Origin: Eledone cirrhosa
Lineage: Eukaryota
DNA: 64,000 bases
Assembly (NCBI GenBank): GCA_964016885.1
Contig: OZ024740.1
Coordinates: 34,162,001-34,226,000, forward strand
Direction: 5' to 3'
Part shown: positions 50,240-61,300 of the stretch, in pieces
Numbering within the stretch: the stretch's first letter is position 1
Layout: the number at the start of each line of letters is the position of its first letter
Program-made: the position numbers and the translations under genes
Notes under the pieces: generated by a model
Told to the model about the DNA's origin: nothing
Seen by the model: only the letters and a program-made list of their open reading frames with translations
Databases searched by the model: none

Positions 50240-53200
50240 CTATAACCTCAAGAAACTTCATTTTTGTCAAGTGTAGCCTCCCCGACTCCTAGAACCTCAA
50301 GAAACTTCATTTTTGTCAAGTGTAGCCCCCAAATCCTAGAACCTCAAGAAACTTCATTTTTGTCAAGTGTAGCCCCCAAATCCTAGAACCTCAAGAAACT
50401 TCATTTTTGTCAAGTGTAGCCCCCAACTCCTATAACCTCAAGAAACTTCATTTTTGTCAAGTTTGGCCTCCCCGACTCCTAGAACCTCAAGAAACTTCAT
50501 TTTTGTCAAGTGTAGCCCCCAAATCCTAGAACCTCAAGAAACTTCATTTTTGTCAAGTGTAGCCCCCAACTCCTAGAACCTCAAGAAACTTCATTTTTGT
50601 CAAGTGTTGCTCCCCGACTCCTAGAACCTCAAGAAACATCATTTTTGTCAAGTGTAGCTCCCCGACTCCTAGAACCTCAAGAAACTTCATTTTTGTCAAG
50701 TGTAGCCTACCCGACTCCTAGAACCTCAAGAAACTTCATTTTTGTCAAGTGTAGCCCCCAACTCCTATAACCTCAAGAAACTTTATTTTTGTCAAGTGTA
50801 GCCCCCAAATCCTAGAACCTCAAGAAACTTCATTTTTGTCAAGTGTAGCCCCCGACTCCTAGAACCTCAAGAAACTTCATTTTTGTCAAGTGTAGCCCCA
50901 ATTCCTAGAACCTCAAGAAACTTCCTTTTTGTCAAGTGTAGCCCCCCGACTCCTAGAACCTCAAGAAACTTCATTTTTGTCAAGTGTAGCCCCAATTCCT
51001 AGAACCTCAAGAAACTTCATTTTTGTCAAGTGTAGCCCCCGACTCCTAGAACCTCAAGAATCTTCATTTTTGTCAAGTGTAGCCCCAACTCCTAGAACCT
51101 CAAGAATCTTCATTTTTGTCAAGTGTAGCCCCAACTCCTAGAACCTCAAGAATCTTCATTTTTGTCAAGTGTAGCCCCAACTCCTAGAACCTCAAGAAAC
51201 TTCATTTTTGTCAAGTATAGCCCCCGACTCCTAGAACCCCAAGAAAGTTCATTTTTGTATAGTGTAGCAACACCCCCCGACTCCTAGAACCTCAAGAAAC
51301 TTCATTTTTGTCAAGTGTAGCCCCAATTCCTAGAACCTCAAGAAACTTCATTTTTGTCAAGTGTAGCACCCAACTCCTAGAACCTCAAAAAACTTCATTT
51401 TTGTCAAGTGTAGCCTCCTCGGCTCCTAGAACGTCAAGAAGCTTCATTTTTGTCAAGTGTAGCCCCCCAACTCCTAGAACCTCAAGAAACATCATTTTTG
51501 TCAAGTGTAGCACCCAACCCCTAGAACCTCAAAAAACTTCATTTTTGTCAAGTGTAGCCTCCTCGGCTCCTAGAACCTCAAGAAGCTTCATTTTTGTCAA
51601 GTGTAGCCCCCCAACTCCTAGAACCTCAAGAAACATCATTTTTGTCAAGTGTAGCACCCAACCCCTAGAACCTCAAAAAACTTCATTTTTTCAAGTGTAG
51701 CCTCCCCGACTCCTAGAACCTCAAGAAGCTTCATTTTTGTCAAGTGTAGCCCCCAACTCCTAGAACCTCAAGAAACTTCATTTTTGTCAAGTGTAGCCCC
51801 AATTCCTAGAACCTCAAGAAACTTCATGTTTGTCAAGTGTAGCCCCCCGACTCCTAGAACCTCAAGAAACTTCACTTTTGTCAAGTGTAGACCCCGAACT
51901 CCTAGAACATCAAGAAACTTCATTTTTCTCAAGTGTAGCCCCCAAATCCTAGAACCTCAAGAAACTTCACCTTTGTCAAGTGTAGCCCACCGACTCCTAG
52001 AACCTCAAGAAACTTCATTTTTGTCAAGTGTAGCCCCAACTCCTAGAACCTCAAGAAACTTCATTTTTGTCAAGTGTAGCCCCAATTCCTAGAACCTCAA
52101 GAAACTTCATTTTTGTCAAGTGTAGCCCCCCGACTCCTAGAACCTCAAGAAACTTCATTTTTGTCAAGTGTAGCCACAATTCCTAGAACCTCAAGAAACT
52201 TCATTTTTGTCAAGTGTAGCCCCCGACTCCTAGAACCTCAAGAATCTTCATTTTTGTCAAGTGTAGCCCCAACTCCTAGAACCTCAAGAATCTTCATTTT
52301 TGTCAAGTGTAGCCCCAATTCCTAGAACCTCAAGAAACTTCATTTTTCTCAAGTGTAGCCCACCGACTCCTAGAACCTCAAGAAACTTCATTTTTGTCAA
52401 GTGTAGCCCACCAACTCCTAGAACCCCAAGAAAGTTCATTTTTGTATAGTGTAGCAACACCCCCCGACTCCTAGAACCTCAAGAAACTTCATTTTTGTCA
52501 AGTGTAGCCCCAATTCCTAGAACCTCAAGAAACTTCATTTTTGTCAAGTGTAGCACCCAACCCCTAGAACCTCAAAAAACTTCATTTTTGTCAAGTGTAG
52601 CCTCCTCGGCTCCTAGAACCCCAAGAAGCTTCATTTTTGTCAAGTGTAGCCCCCCAACTCCTAGAACCTCAAGAAACATCATTTTTGTCAAGTGTAGCAC
52701 CCAACCCCTAGAACCTCAAAAAACTTCATTTTTGTCAAGTGTAGCCCCCAACTCCTAGAACCTCAAGAAGCTTCATTTTTGTCAAGTGTAGCCCCCCAAC
52801 TCCTAGAACCTCAAGAAACTTCATTTTTGTCAAGTGTAGCCCCAATTCCTAGAACCTCAAGAAACTTCATGTTTGTCAAGTGTAGCCCCCCGACTCCTAG
52901 GACCTCAAGAAACTTCACTTTTGTCAAGTGTAGACCCCGAACTCCTAGAACATCAAGAAACTTCATTTTTCTCAAGTGTAGCCCCCAACTCCTCGAACCT
53001 CAAGAAACTTCATTCTTGTCAAGTGTAGTCCCCGACTCCTAGAACCTCAAGAAACTTCATTTTTGTCAAGTGTAGCTCCCCAACTCCTAGAACCTCAAGA
53101 TACTTCATTTTTGTCAAGTGTAGCTCCCAACTCCTAGAATCTCAAGAAACTTCATTTTTGTCAAGTGTAGCCCCCGACTCCTAGAACCTCAAGAAACTTC

Positions 53201-56200
53201 ATTTTTCTCAAGTGTAGCACCCAACTCCTAGAACCTCAAGAAACTTCATTTTTGTCAAGTGTAGCCCCCATCTCCTAGAACCTAAAGAAACTTCATTTTT
53301 GTCAAGTGTAGCCCCCCAACTCCTAGAAACTCAAGAAACATCATTTTTGTCAAGTGTAGCCCTCCAACTCCTATAACTTCAAGAAAGTTCATTTTTGTAT
53401 AGTGTAGCAACACCCCCCGACTCCTAGAACCTCAAGAAACTTCACTTTTGTGAAGTGTAGCCTTCCAACTCCTAGAACATCAAGAAACTTCATTTTTCTC
53501 AAGTGTAGCACCCAACTCCTAGAACCTCAAGAAACTTCATTTTTGTCAAGTGTAGCCCCAATTCCTAGAACCTCAAGAAACTTCATTTTTGTCAAGTGTA
53601 GCCCCCATCTCCTAGAACCTCAAGAAACTTTATTTTTGTCAAGTGTAGCACCCCAACTCCTAGAACCTCAAGAAACTTCATTTTTGTCAAGTGTAGTCCG
53701 CACCCCTACAACCTCAAGAAACTTCATTTTTGTCAAGTGTAGCCCCAAATCCTAGAACCTCAAGAAACTCCATTTTTGTCAAGTGTAGCCACCAAATCCT
53801 AGAACCTCAAGAAACTTCATTTTTGTCAAGTGTAGCCCCCGACTCCTAGGACCTCAAGAAACTTCATTTTTGTCAAGTGTAGCCCCAATTCCTAGAACCT
53901 CAAGAAACTTCATTTTTGTCAAGTGTAGCCCCCCGACTCCTAGAACCTCAAGAAACTTCATTTTTGTCAAGTGTAGCCCCAATTCCTAGAACCTCAAGAA
54001 ACTTCATTTTTGTCAAGTGTAGCCCCCAACTCCTAGAACCTCAAGAAACTTTATTTTTGTCAAGTGTAGCCCCCCATCTCCTAGAACCTCAAGAAACTTT
54101 ATTTTTGTCAAGTTTAGCCCCCAACTCCTAGAACATTTGAGAAACTTCATTTTTGTCAAGTGAAGCCCACAACTCCTAGAACCTCAAGAAACTTCACTTT
54201 TGTCAAGTGTAGCCACCCACCCCTACAACCTCAAGAAACTTTATTTTTGTCAAGTGTAGCCTCCGCCCCCGACTCCTATAACCTCAAGAAACTTCATTTT
54301 TGTCAAGTGTAGCCTCCCCGACTCCTAGAACCTCAAGAAACTTCATTTTTGTCAAGTGTAGCCCCCAAATCCTAGAACCTCAAGAAACTTCATTTTTGTC
54401 AAGTGTAGCCCCCAAATCCTAGAACCTCAAGAAACTTCATTTTTGTCAAGTGTAGCCCCCAACTCCTATAACCTCAAGAAACTTCATTTTTGTCAAGTTT
54501 GGCCTCCCCGACTCCTAGAACCTCAAGAAACTTCATTTTTGTCAAGTGTAGCCCCCAAATCCTAGAACCTCAAGAAACTTCATTTTTGTCAAGTGTAGCC
54601 CCCAACTCCTAGAACCTCAAGAAACTTCATTTTTGTCAAGTGTTGCTCCCCGACTCCTAGAACCTCAAGAAACATCATTTTTGTCAAGTGTAGCTCCCCG
54701 ACTCCTAGAACCTCAAGAAACTTCATTTTTGTCAAGTGTAGCCTACCCGACTCCTAGAACCTCAAGAAACTTCATTTTTGTCAAGTGTAGCCCCCAACTC
54801 CTATAACCTCAAGAAACTTTATTTTTGTCAAGTGTAGCCCCCAAATCCTAGAACCTCAAGAAACTTCATTTTTGTCAAGTGTAGCCCCCGACTCCTAGAA
54901 CCTCAAGAAACTTCATTTTTGTCAAGTGTAGCCCCAATTCCTAGAACCTCAAGAAACTTCCTTTTTGTCAAGTGTAGCCCCCCGACTCCTAGAACCTCAA
55001 GAAACTTCATTTTTGTCAAGTGTAGCCCCAATTCCTAGAACCTCAAGAAACTTCATTTTTGTCAAGTGTAGCCCCCGACTCCTAGAACCTCAAGAATCTT
55101 CATTTTTGTCAAGTGTAGCCCCAACTCCTAGAACCTCAAGAATCTTCATTTTTGTCAAGTGTAGCCCCAACTCCTAGAACCTCAAGAATCTTCATTTTTG
55201 TCAAGTGTAGCCCCAACTCCTAGAACCTCAAGAAACTTCATTTTTGTCAAGTATAGCCCCCGACTCCTAGAACCCCAAGAAAGTTCATTTTTGTATAGTG
55301 TAGCAACACCCCCCGACTCCTAGAACCTCAAGAAACTTCATTTTTGTCAAGTGTAGCCCCAATTCCTAGAACCTCAAGAAACTTCATTTTTGTCAAGTGT
55401 AGCACCCAACTCCTAGAACCTCAAAAAACTTCATTTTTGTCAAGTGTAGCCTCCTCGGCTCCTAGAACGTCAAGAAGCTTCATTTTTGTCAAGTGTAGCC
55501 CCCCAACTCCTAGAACCTCAAGAAACATCATTTTTGTCAAGTGTAGCACCCAACCCCTAGAACCTCAAAAAACTTCATTTTTGTCAAGTGTAGCCTCCTC
55601 GGCTCCTAGAACCTCAAGAAGCTTCATTTTTGTCAAGTGTAGCCCCCCAACTCCTAGAACCTCAAGAAACATCATTTTTGTCAAGTGTAGCACCCAACCC
55701 CTAGAACCTCAAAAAACTTCATTTTTTCAAGTGTAGCCTCCCCGACTCCTAGAACCTCAAGAAGCTTCATTTTTGTCAAGTGTAGCCCCCAACTCCTAGA
55801 ACCTCAAGAAACTTCATTTTTGTCAAGTGTAGCCCCAATTCCTAGAACCTCAAGAAACTTCATGTTTGTCAAGTGTAGCCCCCCGACTCCTAGAACCTCA
55901 AGAAACTTCACTTTTGTCAAGTGTAGACCCCGAACTCCTAGAACATCAAGAAACTTCATTTTTCTCAAGTGTAGCCCCCAAATCCTAGAACCTCAAGAAA
56001 CTTCACCTTTGTCAAGTGTAGCCCACCGACTCCTAGAACCTCAAGAAACTTCATTTTTGTCAAGTGTAGCCCCAACTCCTAGAACCTCAAGAAACTTCAT
56101 TTTTGTCAAGTGTAGCCCCAATTCCTAGAACCTCAAGAAACTTCATTTTTGTCAAGTGTAGCCCCCCGACTCCTAGAACCTCAAGAAACTTCATTTTTGT

Positions 56201-58311
56201 CAAGTGTAGCCACAATTCCTAGAACCTCAAGAAACTTCATTTTTGTCAAGTGTAGCCCCCGACTCCTAGAACCTCAAGAATCTTCATTTTTGTCAAGTGT
56301 AGCCCCAACTCCTAGAACCTCAAGAATCTTCATTTTTGTCAAGTGTAGCCCCAATTCCTAGAACCTCAAGAAACTTCATTTTTCTCAAGTGTAGCCCACC
56401 GACTCCTAGAACCTCAAGAAACTTCATTTTTGTCAAGTGTAGCCCACCAACTCCTAGAACCCCAAGAAAGTTCATTTTTGTATAGTGTAGCAACACCCCC
56501 CGACTCCTAGAACCTCAAGAAACTTCATTTTTGTCAAGTGTAGCCCCAATTCCTAGAACCTCAAGAAACTTCATTTTTGTCAAGTGTAGCACCCAACCCC
56601 TAGAACCTCAAAAAACTTCATTTTTGTCAAGTGTAGCCTCCTCGGCTCCTAGAACCCCAAGAAGCTTCATTTTTGTCAAGTGTAGCCCCCCAACTCCTAG
56701 AACCTCAAGAAACATCATTTTTGTCAAGTGTAGCACCCAACCCCTAGAACCTCAAAAAACTTCATTTTTGTCAAGTGTAGCCCCCAACTCCTAGAACCTC
56801 AAGAAGCTTCATTTTTGTCAAGTGTAGCCCCCCAACTCCTAGAACCTCAAGAAACTTCATTTTTGTCAAGTGTAGCCCCAATTCCTAGAACCTCAAGAAA
56901 CTTCATGTTTGTCAAGTGTAGCCCCCCGACTCCTAGGACCTCAAGAAACTTCACTTTTGTCAAGTGTAGACCCCGAACTCCTAGAACATCAAGAAACTTC
57001 ATTTTTCTCAAGTGTAGCCCCCAACTCCTCGAACCTCAAGAAACTTCATTCTTGTCAAGTGTAGTCCCCGACTCCTAGAACCTCAAGAAACTTCATTTTT
57101 GTCAAGTGTAGCTCCCCAACTCCTAGAACCTCAAGATACTTCATTTTTGTCAAGTGTAGCTCCCAACTCCTAGAATCTCAAGAAACTTCATTTTTGTCAA
57201 GTGTAGCCCCCGACTCCTAGAACCTCAAGAAACTTCATTTTTCTCAAGTGTAGCACCCAACTCCTAGAACCTCAAGAAACTTCATTTTTGTCAAGTGTAG
57301 CCCCCATCTCCTAGAACCTAAAGAAACTTCATTTTTGTCAAGTGTAGCCCCCCAACTCCTAGAAACTCAAGAAACATCATTTTTGTCAAGTGTAGCCCCC
57401 CAACTCCTATAACTTCAAGAAAGTTCATTTTTGTATAGTGTAGCAACACCCCCCGACTCCTAGAACCTCAAGAAACTTCACTTTTGTGAAGTGTAGCCTT
57501 CCAACTCCTAGAACATCAAGAAACTTCATTTTTCTCAAGTGTAGCACCCAACTCCTAGAACCTCAAGAAACTTCATTTTTGTCAAGTGTAGCCCCAATTC
57601 CTAGAACCTCAAGAAACTTCATTTTTGTCAAGTGTAGCCCCCATCTCCTAGAACCTCAAGAAACTTTATTTTTGTCAAGTGTAGCACCCCAACTCCTAGA
57701 ACCTCAAGAAACTTCATTTTTGTCAAGTGTAGTCCGCACCCCTACAACCTCAAGAAACTTCATTTTTGTCAAGTGTAGCCCCAAATCCTAGAACCTCAAG
57801 AAACTCCATTTTTGTCAAGTGTAGCCACCAAATCCTAGAACCTCAAGAAACTTCATTTTTGTCAAGTGTAGCCCCCGACTCCTAGGACCTCAAGAAACTT
57901 CATTTTTGTCAAGTGTAGCCCCAATTCCTAGAACCTCAAGAAACTTCATTTTTGTCAAGTGTAGCCCCCCGACTCCTAGAACCTCAAGAAACTTCATTTT
58001 TGTCAAGTGTAGCCCCAATTCCTAGAACCTCAAGAAACTTCATTTTTGTCAAGTGTAGCCCCCAACTCCTAGAACCTCAAGAAACTTTATTTTTGTCAAG
58101 TGTAGCCCCCCATCTCCTAGAACCTCAAGAAACTTTATTTTTGTCAAGTTTAGCCCCCAACTCCTAGAACATTTGAGAAACTTCATTTTTGTCAAGTGAA
58201 GCCCACAACTCCTAGAACCTCAAGAAACTTCACTTTTGTCAAGTGTAGCCACCCACCCCTACAACCTCAAGAAACTTTATTTTTGTCAAGTGTAGCCTCC
58301 GCCCCCGACTC
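50240..58311. repeat. Near-perfect 4036-bp tandem higher-order duplication within the satellite
   Basis: Identical spurious ORFs are offset by exactly 4036 bp (50929/54965, 51308/55344, 51784/55820, 52495/56531, 53450/57486, 53916/57952). Hybrid junction monomer near 54275. Confidence 0.9.
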
Positions 58312-61300
58312 CTAGAACCTCAAGAAACTTCATTTTTGTCAAGTGTAGCCTCCTCGGCTCCTAGAACCTCAAGAAGCTTCATTTTTGTAGAGTGTAGCCC
58401 CCCCAACTCCTAGAACCTCAAGAAACATCATTTTTGTCAAGTGTAGCCCCCATCTCCTAGAACCTCAAGAAACTTTATTTTTGTCAAGTGTAGCACCCCA
58501 ACTCCTATAACCTCAAGAAACTTCATTTTTCTCAAGTGTAGCCCCCAACTCCTAGAACCTCAAGAAACTTCACTTTTGTCAAGTGTAGCCCCCCAACTCC
58601 TAGAACCTCAAGAAACTTCACCTTTGTCAAGTGTAGCTCCCAACTCCTAGAACCTAAAGAAACTTCATTTTTGTCAAGTGTAGCTCCCCGACTCCTAGAA
58701 CCTCAAGAAACTTCATTTTTGGCAAGTGTAGCCCCCAACTCCTAGAACCTCAAGAAACTTCACTTTTGTCAAGTGTAGCCCCCCAACTCCTAGAACCTCA
58801 AGAAACTTCATTTTTGGCAAGTGTAGCCCCAACTCCTAGAACCTCAAGAAACTTCATTTTTGTCAAGTGTAGCCCCATCTCCTAGAACCTCAAGAAACTT
58901 CATTTTTATCAAGTGTAGCCCTCCAACTCCTATAACCTCAAGAAACTTCATTTTTGTCAAGTGTAGCCCCCGACTCCTAGAACCTCAAGAAACTTCATTT
59001 TTGTCGAGTGTAGCCCCAACTCCTAGAACCTCAAGAAACTTCATTTTTGTCAAGTGTAGCCCCCAACTCCTAGAACCTCAAGAAACTTCATTTTTGTCAA
59101 GTGTAGCCCCCGACTCCTAGAACCTCAAGAAACTTCATTTTTGTCAAGTGTAGCCCCCAACTCCTATAACCTCAAGAAACTTCATTTTTGTCAAGTGTAG
59201 CCCCCGACTCCTAGAACCTCAAGAAACTTCATTTTTGTCGAGTGTAGCCCCAACTCCTAGAACCTCAAGAAACTTCATTTTTGTCAAGTGTAGCCCCCAA
59301 CTCCTAGAACCTCAAGAAACTTCATTTTTGTCAAGTGTAGCCCCCGACTCCTAGAACCTCAAGAAACTTCATTTTTGTCAAGTGTAGCCCCCAACTCCTA
59401 TAACCTCAAGAAACTTCATTTTTGTCAAGTGTAGCCCCCGACTCCTAGAACCTCAAGAAACTTCATTTTTGTCAAGTGTAGCCCCCGACTCCTAGAACCT
59501 CAAGAAACTTCATTTTTGTCAAGTGTAGCCCCCAACTCCTATAACCTCAAGAAACTTCATTTTTGTCAAGTGTAGCCCCCGACTCCTAGAACCTCAAGAA
59601 ACTTCATTTTTGTCGAGTGTAGCCCCAACTCCTAGAACCTCAAGAAACTTCATTTTTGTCAAGTGTAGCCCCCAACTCCTAGAACCTCAAGAAACTTCAT
59701 TTTTGTCAAGTGTAGCCCCCGACTCCTAGAACCTCAAGAAACTTCATTTTTGTCAAGTGTAGCCCCCAACTCCTATAACCTCAAGAAACTTCATTTTTGT
59801 CAAGTGTAGCCCCCGACTCCTAGAACCTCAAGAAACTTCATTTTTGTCGAGTGTAGCCCCAACTCCTAGAACCTCAAGAAACTTCATTTTTGTCAAGTGT
59901 AGACCCCAACTCCTAGAACCTCAAGAAACTTCATTTTTGTCAAGTGTAGCCCCCGACTCCTAGAACCTCAAGAAACTACATTTTTGTCAAGTGTAGCCCC
60001 CAACTCCTATAACCTCAAGAAACTTCATTTTTGTCAAGTGTAGCCCCCGACTCCTAGAACCTCAAGAAACTTCATTTTTGTCGAGTGTAGCCCCAACTCC
60101 TAGAACCTCAAGAAACTTCATTTTTGTCAAGTGTAGCCCCCAACTCCTAGAACCTCAAGAAACTTCATTTTTGTCGAGTGTAGCCCCGACTCCTAGAACC
60201 TCAAGAAACTTCATTTTTGTCGAGTGTAGCCCCAATTCCTAGAACCTCAAAAAACTTCATTTTTGTCAAGTGTAGCCCCATCTCCTAGAACCTCAAGAAA
60301 CTTCATTTTTGTCAAGTGTAGCCCCAATTCCTAGAACCCCAAGAAACTTCATTTTTGGCAAGTGTAGCCCCAACTCCTAGAACCTCAAGAAACTTCATTT
60401 TTGGCAAGTGTAGCCCCAACTCCTAGAACCTCAAGAAACTTCATTTTTGTCAAGTGTAGCCCCCATCTCCTAGAACCTCAAGAAACTTCATTTTTGTCAA
60501 GTGTAGCCCTCCAACTCTTATAACCTCAAGAAACTTCATTTTTTTCAAGTGTAGCCCCCGACTCCTAGAACCTCAAGAAACTTCATTTTTGTCAAGTGTA
60601 GCCCCAACTCATAGAACCTCAAGAAACTTCATTTTTGTCAAGTGTAGCTCCAACTCCTAGAACCTCAAGAAACTTCATTTTTCTCAAGTGTAGCCCCCAA
60701 CTCCTAGAACATCAAGAAACTTCACTTTTGTCAAGTGTAGCCCTCCAACTCCTAGAACATCAAGAAACTTCATTTTTGTCAAGTGTAGCCCCCAACTCCT
60801 AGAACATCAAGAAACTTCACTTTTGTCAAGTGTAGCCCTCCAACTCCTAGAACATCAAGAAACTTCATTTTTGTCAAGTGTAGCCCCCAACTCCTACAAC
60901 CTCAAGAAACTTTATTTTTGTCAAGTGTAGCCCCCATCTCCTAGAACCTCAAGAAACTTTATTTTTGTCAAGTGTAGCCCACCGACTCCTAGAACCTCAA
61001 GAAACTTCATTTTTGTCAAGTGTAGCCCCCAACTCCTACAACCTCAAGAAACTTTATTTTTGTCAAGTGTAGCCCCCATCTCCTAGAACCTCAAGAAACT
61101 TTATTTTTGTCAAGTGTAGCCCCCCAACTCCTAGAACCTCAAGAAACTTCATTTTTGTCAAGTGTAGACCCCCATCTCCTAGAACCTCAAGAAACTTCAT
61201 TTTTGTCAAGTGTAGCCCGCACCCCTACAACCTCAAGAAACTTCATTTCTGTCAAGTGTAGCTCCCTAATCCTAGAACCTCAAGAAACTTCATTTTTGTC

